64,000 nt of DNA from Cycas panzhihuaensis (GCA_023213395.1 CM041465.1:32433741-32497740), one strand, 5' to 3'; shown: positions 26,201 to 40,000, numbered from the stretch's first letter. Notes: a model not told the origin generated them from the sequence alone. Numbers and translations are program-made.

Positions 26201-26319
26201 TTACTTTCCTTCCTACTAACTCAACTACTTTATATTCTACTTCTATTATCAATAAAGAAGGTATCATATATGACTTATAACTTAACCAATTTTATTGAAT
26301 GTGTATTACCTTTAATAGA

Positions 26320-27300
26320 AGCGACCCTTGGATTGGCTACTCTCCTTAGGAGTAGAGCCTAATAAATTCCTTAGCTTACTAGTTAACTTTAAACCTATAA
26401 AAGAAATTCTTTTTAATGATATTAGATTATTTTCCTTAAAGGGAAATAGAATTGACTTAGTAAGGATGAAGCATGTAAGACTCTAAAGGATGTTGAGTCT
26501 TTAGAAAGAAGGGTAAATGACCTACTTCAAAGTGGTCATAGCCTCATAAGAATATTGCATAAGATGTTTATAAATCAAGGGTGGGCTATATGGAATTAGC
26601 TTGTAATAACAACTAGCATGGATAAAGGAGTGTTTTATGAAGGTTTCATAAGGGTTGTGTCATCCCTAATAGGATCTATTACCAAAGAGACCTCCTTATA
26701 ATGTAATTGAGGAACACTAAAGATCAAGGGATCAAATCTAAACTTACTAATATTTGAGAGGGTTCTCCCTAAATCACTATCAAAATAACTCCATGGAGGA
26801 TCCTGAAAAAGTAGGTATAGAAACGACTCCAAGTTTGACTAAAAGATATTGGTTTAAACTAGTTTGCATGACCCCAACTTACTTCGGTGGGCATGTGGTG
26901 GAAGTTAAAGAAATCACTCATGGAATTGTCCCTTATGTTTACCATGAAATAAGTGAAATGAGCATGGATATATCCAAGCCAGTAAGTATGTTATATCTAA
27001 CCAAGATGAAGAAAAGACCCTTTGAATCAATTCTAACCTCTAAGGTAAATTATAGAGTAGATTGATTAATAGTAAAAATGGATAAATTATTCTCATCATC
27101 TCAAGGTCAAATCTCTTCCTCTAATGACTTAGATTGAGCACTTTCTAAAGGGAAACTCTCCTAATTTAAAAGGCTAAGTCATTAAAGTAAGACCCCTAAG
27201 TCTCCTACAAGTTAGGACTGATAGAAAACTCAACAAAAAAACCTAGAACCTCATCAACGCAAGTACCATGATTATGCTTGAGAGGAAGCTCATTGAATTA
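26320..27300 (+). mobile_element. Possible decayed L1 ORF1 fragment
   Basis: Composition and broken reading frames resemble LINE ORF1. No decisive motif. Confidence 0.2.
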
Positions 27301-27499
27301 ACTCAAGAAATCACAGCAATTTTCTATAGGTAGCTCTAAATTAGGGATGGAAGATAGATAAATGAGAGGTTTTGAGACCTCATCATTATCAAAGGAACAA
27401 AATCCCTCATCCATAGTATAAGAGTCAATTTTAGGGATAGACTAGTCTAAAAAAGGCTCACAACCTAACTCAAGGAGAGGTATAGAAGAATGTATAGTG

Positions 27500-29337
27500 T
27501 CATTGGTAGAGAAGTTACCTATGAGACTAGTTGTAATTAATGATTCTACATCTTACTATAATGTGAAGGGAGTAGTGGAAGATATTGATTAGGTAACTAC
27601 CTCTATGTGACATGAATTAGTTTAATATTCTTTAAATGGAAATAGGCTTAAGTGTATGACCATGCTAATAGTTTTGGGATTAGCATTGGGAGACTCCACC
27701 TAGTAAGAAACTAGTGAAAGCAAAGTTGTATATTCATGGGTTTATTATACTATGAATTCATAGATTTCATAAATTAATTCTTTAGAAATTTAAGTCTAAT
27801 ATGCATCATCAAGATTAAAAAATAATCCTAAAAATCTATTTCAGATTCATTATCTTTTTACTTGATTATAAAAAGGGCATTTTCTTCCACTAAAAAAGAG
27901 CAAGTGACATCAAAGTCATTTATAAAGGCATCCATCAGTTTCTAGAATAAAAAGTTTAAATTCTAGCATAAGTGCTAAAACCACTTAAGTGCAATACCTT
28001 GCAATGTCCTTAGGAAAAGTATTATCAATAAAAGATCATTAGGTATATAATAAGAACACGTGAAATTAAATACTTTGATGTGACTTAAAGGGCCTTGCCT
28101 AGGTATCCCACCTAAACTTAGGTAATTTAGGAATGAAAGGGTGAAGGCTACAAAGAAGAATGTCATATGAGAAAGGGCTCTTGATATAGAAACCATGTGG
28201 TTTCCTCTTCTAAAGTGATGTGGACATATGAAAAGGAGGTTATTGTAAGACAAACATTGGATGAGTCTAATAGGCCTGAATATAACCCCTGAGGCTTATA
28301 CTTGAGTGAGATGCATGAGCCTGAGGCACTCAACCAACATGAGAATAATACATGAGGCACTACCACTGGGATATGAGTGTAGGTAGAAGTAGAAATAACC
28401 CAAGGCCAATTCTGCTTATAAGGATATGCAAGAGAGCTTTATAGAGAAGACATAGGTTCTCTATAACTATGGTGAGGAAAGAATCAATGGTGATCCATGG
28501 AATAGTATGTAATAGAGTCACTCAAGAACTAAGGAAATAAGAATGTATTATAAAAGTTCTTCAACATATGTGAAAGATGTAGGTTTAGAGCATACCAATA
28601 GGAAGTTTTGGCAACTCCCTAGTATGGTTTCCAAAAATGATTTAATGGATTGGGGCTAATAACCTTAGAGTGACTCTATGAGAAGAGATAGTAGTAGTGA
28701 TGATTCTTAATGACCAACCCTTTCAACCAATCCCTAAGAAGGGATCTTATCTACTTATGAGTTTAATCTATGGTGAAGGAATTAAACTAATGTAGGGTTT
28801 TAAATAGTTTGTATGCATAAGTAAGAAATAAGTCTAAATATAATCAACTCAAATCATACATTAATAGACCAAGCCTACATGTAATATTAGTATGCATTCT
28901 TGGTTTACATGAATCCAACATAGAGTGAATATGCAACCAGTCAAACTATATGAGATATAAAATATATTTCTTTCCTTTTTTGCTTTATGTTTCTTAGATG
29001 ATTTAAAATAAAAGGAAAACACAATTAAACATAAGAGACAAAGGTGATCTAGTCATTTAAGTTGTACTTATATTTATCATATTACTCAGTCCTTCACTTT
29101 CCTTTTCTAATATTTTAAATATAGTCAATTAAAAGTGAAAGAGTGGAAGAGATGAGTAATTGATCAATCACAAGTTTTAATCTCCAAACCTACTTAATCA
29201 AACCTTTAACTATTTATTATTTTCTTGTGTAAGCAAACAAAAAGTAGAAAAAGAAACAAAGCAAATAATTGCTCAATAAAAATTGTTCTTTCACTTTACT
29301 TTTCTTTCCACTCTTTATTTGTTTATGAAATCTTAAA
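27500..29337 (-). mobile_element. Decayed Gypsy gag with upstream leader (copy 2 of the 7884-8570 repeat at 28650-29337)
   Basis: PLSHIKVFNFTC...LLIILFLRTLQGIALKWF (Retrotrans_gag-type F..TL.G.A..WF) in ORF 27975-28253. Confidence 0.7.
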
Positions 29338-29339
29338 AC

Positions 29340-30940
29340 TATTAAATACATACAAGAAATCTAATGGTGAGTTAAATATATAGCAATTAAGTTCAAATAA
29401 AAGATGAACTATGTTTAACAAAGAATACCAAATATGGAGAATTGGTCAAAACTCAAATTAGAAAGAATAATAGGTACATACTTAGAGTACATGTTCACCA
29501 TTAGTGAGAGAACCTCATTGGTCAACCTAGAGGTGGCACATATCTTTATGTGGCCCACAACCTCTAATATAAAACACAAAGAATATAGAGAGAGATTACA
29601 TAGAGTTAATTTATATAATTGCGTATCACACCTAATATTCCCCCTTGTAATAGTCAATTACATAAAGGATTGTCACATCAGATAATAAAGCTTAAGACTT
29701 CAAAAGTATGTTGGATCATATATTTCTACACTTGAATAAAAAGCTACTGATGTCCATATGAAGTGAAGTCCATCTACTAAAACGCATGGCTTACTAGCCA
29801 TTGTAACTACTAGTTGAGTAGGAATTCCCTTTACATACATGGTTTAATCAACACCAGCAAGAGTAACTGTAAAGTGATACCACCCCTTACTTATATGGGA
29901 ATGCAAGAAGTCTTAAAATAAAAAATACCAAGTTTTAAAATAAACATAACTTATTAGACCAAAATAAGAAGTAACTGATATCCATATGAAGAGAATACCA
30001 TCCACCAAACCACATGGGTCATTAGCCACTCTAATTGCTAGTTAACTATGAGTTCTCTTTGTATATGTGGATTAATTAGAGCTAGCAAGAGTAGTTTAAA
30101 TAGTCCTACCCCTTGCTCATATAGAAGTGCAAGTAGTCTTCAAGTAGCTCCATGGCCACAAATTGCCTCACAGGCTAAAAATAATAACATGCCTCTTTGG
30201 GTTTTATAAAATACCATCATGGGCTTATATAATACCTCTATGGGCAAAATAACCAGTAATAAATGTTTTTATATGACTTAAAAAACATAGAGGTGACTTA
30301 AATATTACATGAATGACTCTCTCTCATATAATAAAGTTTAAAATAAAACTCAATGGATTCTCAAGAGCTAAAAAATTAAAATTTGATACATGTTATCCCC
30401 CCCATGTAGGGTATATTACATCCATAAATATTATGGAACCTTAATAATTACATATAAGTGCCTAAAGAAGCTCATAAAATGAAGAAATATAAATATTTAA
30501 TGAAAACTTTAAACTTTAAATTAAAAAATCTACATCAAAATAACTCCAAAAGGTTCAAATAACCTACCAACAAAAAGATCTCTCTATAACAAATCTAATG
30601 CAATATACAAGAGCAAAATTGGAGCCTCCAGCTCAAGTTATGGTTAAAATAATGAAGAATGCTATATAAAAAACTAAAATTAGGGGACTAGCCCCTTTAG
30701 TTGGATAGTAGACAGTCATGTAGTAGTTTCATATGACCAGGGGTTGGGCATTTAGGGGGTTGGGTAGACCTGAAATATATATCTAATTTAGTTAATTTAA
30801 TTTTTAAATTTATATAAAAAAATTAACCCTATTTAATAAGATTTCATGTCTACCAATAATATAATATTTGTAAATAATATTTAATCACAAAACATATGTG
30901 AATACCCTAAAATGTCAGGGTTTCAAAAATAAAATTATCC
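29340..30940 (-). mobile_element. Non-autonomous LTR element fragment: 3' LTR 29340-29637, PPT 29638-29646, and internal region with a ~228-bp duplication
   Basis: TATTA...TAATA termini (decayed TG..CA) and a TTCCCCCTT tract. 29745-29915 repeats at 29973-30141. Confidence 0.55.
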
Positions 30941-31569
30941 CTATAAGAGCATAATAGTATTTATTTCATATTTACACTAGAATGTAATATAAAGAACATC
31001 AAGATCAATATTAGGTATCCATTGTAGTGCATTAAGTGATCGTACGGTGGCAGTGAGCTAGGGTTCTTCATCTTATTAACAGTGGGGATAGATGCATACT
31101 AGAGGTGGGCATAAGGCCCTTCAAAATGGCTAGTAGCTCAGGATGAATTGAGAAGATCCATTGAAGCCCCCTCTTTGGGGATGAATAGTTGGTGGAATAT
31201 CCCAGTTTGGCATCAAGTTGTGCTTGCCCATAGCATGGAGATGTCAACGGTGAGAGGGAATAGGGACTTCTTTCTTAGGCTAGTGGTGGAGGTTATCATT
31301 GGACTATAAATCAGAAGGAGGTCTGAGGATGAGGTTTCATCCTTTCTAGGCTTTGAGGCAATGGAGGACAAGTGAAGAAGGGGGATGAGCACAGTCCCTT
31401 ACTCCTAAGAGAGATCATTGTGCAAGCAAGATATGTTACATTGCTTTGGATTATATGTCATTTTATTAGTATTATGGAGTTAATACATATGAATACTATG
31501 CTAAATTAGATAGACCGAGTAGATCAACAAATAACTCTTAACTAGACCCACTCTCCCTTAAGGAAGAAG

Positions 31570-32830
31570 ATGTATTTAGATGCCTTGACTCTAACTGAAG
31601 CCCAAATATTTGATATAAATCCTATTCTGGATCATGACAAGATCAGAATTCCAGTCCCAAAGAGGTTATCGGATAGTCTGGAAAGATACTAGGGTAATAG
31701 CCTAGTGCAACATTTCTCAGCCCTAGGCCTAGTGTAGACCCCATTAGAAAATAGGTTAGCTATCGATGGAAGTTGAGATGTTTAGTTGAGGTCATTACAC
31801 TCCATAGAGGGTGTGTTTTATTTAAGTTCTCATGCCATGAGGATATGGTCAATGTCCTTTTAAAATCACCATGGATGATGGGTAGGACGGCCATCCTAAT
31901 GGAGAAATGGCACTTAGACTTTGACCGATCTGAAGGTTCTATAAAGTAAATTCCCTTATGGGTCTAATTGCCAGGGCTATCATTAAATGCCTAGGATCTT
32001 GACGTTATTAAAGAGGTTGCTAAGACTATTGAGCCCCTCTTAGTGGTAGATTCAACCATGAAGAATAAGAGCAAACTTATGAATGCTAGATTTTATGTTC
32101 TAGAAAGAATTAATAAACCCCTTCCTCTCTAGGTGTTTATAAATGATCGTGGGTGTAATAGGGAACAAAAATTGGTATATGAGCTCGAAAATGTGTGATG
32201 TCAAAAGTGTAAATGGCTTGGGCACCTTCTATTTAGTTATCTAAGAGATCTAAAGCCAAACCCCTTGGCTCACCATATTGAGGATGAGGGTCTAAAGGGA
32301 AAGGAGGAATAAGGAGGCCCCTCTGTAGAACTTAAAGAGAAGGAGGTACCCCCAATGGTGGAGGAATAGGTTTCAAACCTCCTTGAGGTTGGGCAAGGCA
32401 CTATTCAAATTGACCCAGGATAGGATTTAAACCTAGATGAGGAAGATACCATTTTTAAGGAAGGAGAGGTTGATTTAACTACCCTTTTAGGGGCCTTATA
32501 ACTCTAGCTAGTAAAACCCCAATTGGGAATGGAGACGGTCCCTTCCCATAAGGAGGAAGAGTCTAATTCACTGAGATATGAAGAGTAGAAGAAACTAGAG
32601 AAGGTATGGAAGACTAGAGATTCGAGGAACTAGGATGTTGTTCAAGAGCTAGACCTCTTAAGAGGCCCTAACTTTTATAGTGAAAATAGATTAGGAAGGT
32701 CATACTTAAAGGTACTATAGGAGAGAGAGGTAGCGATCTAGATTGACCAAGGAACACAGAGAACCCTAAGGGATGGAGGACCAGGGTAAGGGCCCAAAAC
32801 AAGAAGTAAGAGATAAAGGAAGTTGAAGGC
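31570..32830 (+). pseudogene. LINE ORF1 relic (true start may be further upstream, ~31126)
   Basis: GCVLFKFSCHEDMVNVL*KSPWMMGRTAILMEKWHLDFD (DUF4283) and YELENV*CQKCKWLGH knuckle. Confidence 0.85.
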
Positions 32831-32849
32831 CCATGGGGGGGAAGTTAGT

Positions 32850-35800
32850 ATGTAGCTCACCTCTTGGAATATTTAGGGTATAAATGCCTCGTCAAAATGC
32901 AGAATGGTGAAGAAACTGCAGAGTCATAGGAAGCTAGATATCCTTTTAATTTAGAAGACTAAACTATTAGATTAAAATAAAGCAATCTTTAAAAAATAAA
33001 ATATAGAAAGGATCTAATTGGATTACCTCAAAGGGGAGCAGGGGCTCTGGAGGCCTTACTTCCATGTGGAATCCTAGAGGATAGGAGAGTGAAGCATTCC
33101 TCATCAAGGAGCACTTTATATCTATTTGGTTAATAAGTAAGAAACCCAATAGTAAGTGGTTAGTCATCAACATATATGCTCCTCTAACATAGGAGGGGAG
33201 AAAAAATTTATGGAGTAGGCTGTTAGAGGCTCATAAGAAGTGGGCAGGCCTATGGCTGATTGTTGGGGACTTCAACATGGCCTTATCCCTTGAGGAAAAG
33301 GAAGGGGGTCAGCTTGAGTGGACTAAAAGTATGGATGACCTTAGGGACTTTATGCAGAAGGGAGGATTGATGGACATTCCCCTGAGAGGCCCTAAGTTCA
33401 CCTGGTCAAATAAGAGATTAGGAGTTGTCCATATCCAAGTTATATTAGATACAGTGGTCAATAACTATGCTTGGTTAAGTCAACATAGTAATATAAACTT
33501 TGAAGCTTTGCCAAAGATAGTTTCAGATCACTCCCTGTTGGCCTTGGGATGTGATGAGTCTAAAGGTTATCTGGAAGCCCCCTTCCAATTTGAACTAATA
33601 TGGATAAAGGAACTAGACCCCCAAAATTTATTATTAGAATGGTGGAGTTCCCCAGCCTATCTATGTGCGATGAGGATATTTTCAATAAAATTGTGTTAGG
33701 TAAAAAGATTAGTTAAGGAATAGAATAAGAACTCTTACGAGGATATTTTTTGCTTAAAAAGACATGATTCTGGAAGAGCTAAAGCATATTGAGGTGAAAA
33801 TTTAGGACCATGGGAGGTCCACTAACCTTGACTAGAAAGAAAAGAGGCTTCTTTCTAATCTGGAAGGAGTTTTGTCTAATGAGGAAACATTTTGGAAACA
33901 AAAATCAAGAGCCCTATGGCTTGCAGAGGGAGACAGAAATACTTAATTATTCCATATGACAACTATGAAGCATAAAGCCTATAATTATATAAAAAGCATG
34001 CTGAATAAACATGGGGAGGATATTGGGTAGGAGAATATTAAGGGGACAGCTATGGATTATTTCAGGGAGCTATATAGTGATCCAGGTTATAAGGACGAGG
34101 AGGCTAAGAAGGAGATTCTTGCCCTAATGCCTAAGAAGGTGGGGTGCATTGTGAACAAAGCCCTAAAGGCCCCATTCTCATTGGATGAGGTTAGGAAAGC
34201 TATATTTGGCATGAAGAGGGAGAAAGACCCTAGGCTAGATGTGTTCCCCCTAGGGCTCTACCAGGAATATTAGGACATCATTAAGGATGGCTTCCTTGAA
34301 GCTGTAAAGGATTTATTTGAAAATGGAAAAATTCATGGGGAGTGGAAGGCTACTTTCTTGGTCTTAATCCCTAAGAAAAGTGATGCAAATAGGATGGAAG
34401 AGTTTAGGCCCATTAGCTTGTGTAATGTGAAGTACCGAATTTTAGTAAAGATCTTGGCCAATAGGATGAAGGAACTCCTTCCTTTTATTATAGGTCCTAA
34501 CCAAGATGGGTTCATCAAGGGGAGACAAATTTTGGATGGTATTATAGCAGTTCATGAAATGATCCACTCAACTTATTAGAGGAAAGAGCCCGGGATGAAA
34601 ATCAATATAGATCTCTTGAAGGCTTATAATAGAGTTTTGTGGGCTTGCATATTGGAGTGCATCAGAGCCTTTGAATTTAGAGAATGCTAGAGGACATAGA
34701 TTGAGAGTTGTATCTTAAACCCTAGCTTCTTAGTGATTATAAATGGCACATCTATAGGTTTCTTCCTAGGTTACAGAGGGCTTAGATAAGGAGACCCTCT
34801 TTCCCCTTACTTGTTTATCACTATGGCTAAGTTAATTAGAAAATCCATGGAGGAAGCTAGGAGATTTGGGAAGATTATGAGCTTAAGGCCCACCTTTGAG
34901 GTTGCCAATGTTGTTCATAGACACTTTGTAGATGATAATATTCTATTGAGTAGGGCTTCCATTAAGGAAGCAAAAGCTATCAAAGCCCAACTGGAGACGT
35001 TTGAGGTTACTACAAATAAGAAGGTAAACCTAGAAAAGAGTAATATATTCTTTTTGAACATTATGGACAGGACACAAAGGGCCATAATCAAGGTCTTGGA
35101 AATGCCCATTAGAGCCCTCATAACCTGGTATCTTGGTATACCCCTATTTGTGGGAAGAATGCAAATCAACTTGTGGAATCTGATTATTAGTCAGGTATAA
35201 AGGAAGCTAGTTGGTTAGAAAGGGGCCTTACTTAGTCAGGCCAAGAATCTCCAATTATTGGTGGCATCTCTTTAGAGCATCCATACCTATGTAATGTCTT
35301 TGTTTAGGTGTTCTGGGAAGGTGATAAACACTTTGAAAACTATTAAAAAAAAAATCATATAGTTAGGAGTTGAGGATAGGGAAAGAATTCACTTGCTTTC
35401 TTAGGAGAAAGTGTGTCTTCCCAAATGGGTGGGAGGCTTGAACATAAAGGATATAACATGCTTTAATAGGGATCTAGTAGCCAAACTAGGATGAAGCCTT
35501 ACTACTAAAAAGGAGAGGTCCTAATGTAAGATTGTGTCCAGGAAATACCTCAAGGATAATCAATTTTTGACTTTTGCCCCTTTTGGTGAAAATGGATTGG
35601 CTATCTGGAGGAGCCTTGTGTTTGTAAGAAAGATGTTAGTGTTAGGGGTCCAATGGTGTTTAAGTGATAGAAAATCTATTAACTTCTAGGAGGAAACCTA
35701 GAGTGGTAATATTCAACTAAATAAGAATCTTGTTATAGCTCCCTTGCAGGTAGACTATGAGAGCCTTTATGGGAGAAAGGTGGAAGATTAATGGAAGATT

Positions 35801-37035
35801 AAGAAGGATGGGAAGTTATGGAGAAGTTTTGAAGAAATGCTTTACCATAAGGATAAAGAGCAACAAATCACTGCTCTTAGGAATGAGATAAATAAGATAT
35901 ACATTCCCAAATTTCCAAAGGAGCATGCCATGGTCTAGCCTAGGTCCTAGTCTGGGACCTATTTGGTCAAATTAAGTTATCAGTTTTTGATTTTAAAAAG
36001 ACGTCTTACTAAGAATAATCTCCTAAGAGGGGTTTGGAAGTTGGGATTAATCCCAAATATTACTATTTTTTAGTGGTTGTGCCTTAAAAACAAGATCTTT
36101 ACTTTGAATCATTTGAGGAAGAGAGGCTTCTCTTTGGTGAATAGATGTATTCTTTATTTCCAAGAGGAGGAATCCCTGGATAATATTTTCTTGCATTGTA
36201 CCTTTGTCAGGGAGATGTGGTTGAAGTTTTGGGGATCCTATAGGATCCTCTAGATCCTTCCTGAAATGGTGAGGAATCTAGTAGAGTCCTAGGTGTGCCC
36301 CTTTAAATATAGGACCCTAAGGTCCTTATGGACATTGTCTGTACCCACACTAGTATGGAATATTTGGAAAGAGACGAGTAGGCATATTTTTTAAGATAAA
36401 AGAATGAATGAGCATAAGCTTTTTGGCACCATCATGGTTGCTCTGAAAGAGACCCTAAAGGAGAAGGAGGAAGTATCCATCTATCCTAAGGACAAGAGGG
36501 ACCTTGCAAATTGGGGTATTGAGAATATTGAAGTTGTATCCTTGGAGGGATGACAAGAAAACAAGAATCCCCCACTGTAATACTAAGTTAAGGTTAACTT
36601 TGCTGGAGCATATAAAGGGAACCCTGGAGAGGCTAGGGGTTGTGGAATATATAAAGACAGTGAAGGTAAGATCATTTGGGTATTTGTAAAATATTATTGT
36701 ACCTAGACAAATCATAAGGTAGAGCTTGAAGCGATGTGCAGAGTTATGGACCTGGCTACTAAGGAGGGTTGCCTAAGAGTCATTATGGAAAGGGATTCAA
36801 TGAATGTAATAAAGATGATCAGAGGGGAGGTAGAGCTAGATTAGAAGCATTATGCTATAAACAATGATGTGAAGAGGATGCTTCTAACTAGAGAAAATAC
36901 TCAAGTGAGCCATACTTATAGGGAAGGAAATAGGGTGGCTAATAGGCTTGCTAACAGGGGAGTCTAGTCTAGAGGATTTGAGGTATGGAAGGGCGACATT
37001 CCTAATGAGATTGTAGGTCTAGCTAGGAAGGATTT
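32850..37035 (+). pseudogene. LINE ORF2 relic (endonuclease-RT-zf-RVT-RNase H)
   Basis: M*LTSWNI*GIN, WLIVGDFN, GPKFTWSN and SDH (APE). FRPISLCNVKY, GLR*GDPLSPYLF, HFVDD and YLGIPL (RT). NRCILY..EEESLDNIFLHC (zf). KLTFAGAYKGNPG and HTYREGNRVANRLAN (RNase H). Confidence 0.95.
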
Positions 37036-37099
37036 ATTTCATATTTACACTAGAATATAATATAAAGAACATAAAGATCAATATTAGGTATCCATTGTA

Positions 37100-40000
37100 G
37101 TGCACTGAGTGATCATAGGATGGCGGTGAGCTAGGGTTCTTCATCTTATTAACAGTGGGGACAGATCCATACTAGAGGTGGGCATAAGGCCCTTCAAAAT
37201 GGCTAGTAGCTCAGGATGAATTGAGAAGATCCATTGAAGCCCCCTCTTTGGGGATGAATAGTTAGTGGAATATCCCAGTTTGGCATCAAGTTGTGCTTGC
37301 CCATAGCATGGAGATGTCAGCGGTGAGAGCGAACAGGGACTTCTTTCTTAGGCTAGTGGTAGAGGTTATCATTGGATTGTAAATCATAAGGAGGTCTGAC
37401 GGTGAGGTTTCATCCTTTCTAGGATTTGAGGTAATGGAGGATAAGCAAAGAAAGGGGATGAGCACAGTCCCTTACTCCCAAGAGAGATTATGGTGCAAGC
37501 AAGATATGTTACATTGCTTTGGATTATATGTCATTTTATTAGTATTATGGAGTTATTACATATGAATACTATGCTAAATTAGATAGATCAAGTAGATCAA
37601 CAAATAACTCTTAACTAAACCCACTCTCCCTTCAGGAAGAAGATGTATTTAGATGCCTTGAGTCTAACTAAAGCTGAAATACTTGATATAAATCCTATTC
37701 TGAATCATGACAAGATTAGAATTCTAGTCCCAAAGAGGTTATCAGATAGTCTAGAAAGATACTAGGGTAATAGCCTAGTGTGACATTTCTCGGCCCCTAG
37801 GCCTAGTGTAGACCCCATTAGAAAATAGGTTAGCCATCGATGGAAGTTGAGAGGTTTAGTTAAGGTCATTACACTCCCTAGAGGGTGTGTTTTATTTAAG
37901 TTCTCATGCCATGAGGATATGGTCAATGTCCTTTTAAAATCACCATGGATGATGGGTAGGATGGACATCCTAATGGAGAAATGGCACTTGGACTTTGACC
38001 GATCTGAAGGTTCTATAAAGTAAATTCCCTTATGGGTCTAATTGCCAGGGCTATCATTAAATGCCTGGGATCTTGACATTATTAAAGGGGTTACTAAGAC
38101 TATTGAGCCCCTCTTAGAGATAGATTCAACCATGAAGAATAAGAGCAAACTTATGAACGTTAGATTTTGTGTTCTGGAAAGACTTGATAAACCCCTTCCT
38201 CTCTAGGTGTTTATAAACGAATGTGGGTGTAGTAGGGAACAAAAATTGGTATATGAGCTTGAAAATATGTGATGTCAAAAGTGTAAATGGCTTGGGCACC
38301 TTCTATTTAGTTATCCAAGAGATCTAAAGCCAAACCCCTTGGCTCACCATATTGAGGATGAGGGTCTAAAGGGAAAGGAGGAATAAGGAGGCCCCTCTGT
38401 AGAACTTAAAGAGAAGGAGGTACCCCCGATGGTGGAGTAACAGGTGTCGAACCTCCTTGAGGTTGGGTAAGGCACTATTCAAATTGACCCAGGATAGGAT
38501 TTAAACCTAGATGAGGAAGATACCATTTTTAAGGAAGGAGAGGTTGATTTAACTACCCTTTTAGGGGCCTTATAGCTTTAACTAGTAAAACCCCAACTGG
38601 GAATGGAGATGGTCCCTTCCCATAAAGAGGAAGAGTCTAATTCACTGAGACATGAAGAGTAGAAGAAGCTAGAGAAGGTATGGAAGATTAGAGATTCGAG
38701 GAACTAGGATGTTGTTCAAGAGCTAGACCTCTTAAGAGGCCCTGACTTTTGTAGTGAAAATAGATTAGGAAGGTCATACTTAAAGGTACTACAGGAGAGA
38801 GAGGCAGCGATCCAGATTGACCAAGGAACACAGAGAACCCTAAGGGATGGAGGACCAGGGCAAGGGCCCAAAACAAGAAGTAAGAGATAAAGGAAGCTAA
38901 AGGCCCATGGGGGGGAAGTTAGTATGTAGCTCGCCTCTTGGAATATTTGGGGTATAAATGCCCCGTCAAAATGCAGAATGATGAAGAAATTGCAGAGTCA
39001 TAGGAAGTTAGATATCCTTTTAATTCAGGAGACTAAACTATTAGATTTAAATAAAGCAATCATTAAAAACAAAATATAGAAAGGAGCTAATTGGATTACC
39101 TTAGAGGGGAGCATGGGCTCTAGAGGCCTTACTTCCATGTGGAATCCTAGAGGATAGGAGGGTGAAGCATTCCTCAACGAGGAGCACTTTATATTTATTT
39201 GGTTGATAAGTAAGAAACCCAATAGTAAGTGGTTAGTCGTCAACATATATGCTCCTCTAACATAGGAGGGGAGAAAACATTTATGGAGTAGGCTGTTAGA
39301 GGCTCATAAGAAGTGGGCAGGCATATGGCTGATTGTTGGGGACTTCAACACAGCCTTATCCCTTGAGGAAAAGAAAGGGGGTCAGCTTGAGTGGACTAAA
39401 AGTATGGATGACCTTGGGGAATTTATGCAGAAGGGAGGATTGATGGGCATTCCCCTGAGAGGCCCTAAGTTCGCCTGGTCAACTAAGAGATTAGGAGATG
39501 TCCATATCTAGGTTATATTAGATAGAGTGGTTAATAACTATGCTTGGTTAAGTCAACATAGTAATATAAACTTTGAAGCTTTGCCAAAGATAGTTTCATA
39601 TCACTCCCCACTTGCCTTGGGATGTGATGAGTCTAAAGTTTATTTGGGAGCCCCCTTCCAATTTAAACTAATATGGATGAAGGACCTAGACCTCCAAAAT
39701 TTATTATTAGAATGGTGGAGTTCCCCAGCCTATCTATGTGCGATGAGGATATTTTTAATAAAATTATGCTAGGTAAAAAGATTAGTTAAGGAATGGAATA
39801 AGAACTCTTACGAGGATATTTTTTGCTTAAAAAGACATGATTCTAGAAGAGCTAAAGCATATTGAGGTGCAAATTTAGGACTATGGGAGGTCCACTAACT
39901 CGACCAGAAAGAAAAGAGGCTTCTTTCTAATCTAGAAGGAGTTTTGTCTAATGAGGAAACTTTTTGGAAATAAAAATCAAGAGCCCTATGGCTTGCAGAG

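Larger units (their letters stand above)
13323..26317 (-). mobile_element. Minus-strand Copia element(s), outermost layer of the nest. LTR copies at 13323-13621 (truncated), 25537-25900 and 26264-26317 (partial)
   Basis: 13368-13610 aligns with 25563-25823. Degenerate PBS (gcttttatacta ~ gctctgatacca) at 25522-25533, PPT CTCCCCT at 25901-25907, gag at 23853-24295. Confidence 0.75.
31027..37035 (+). mobile_element. L1-clade LINE with C-terminal RNase H, copy 1 (lacks the 3' UTR because of the duplication junction)
   Basis: ORF1 has DUF4283 and a zinc knuckle. ORF2 has APE, RT, zf-RVT and RNase H. Preceded by TSD GTATCCATTGTA at 31015-31026. Confidence 0.95.
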
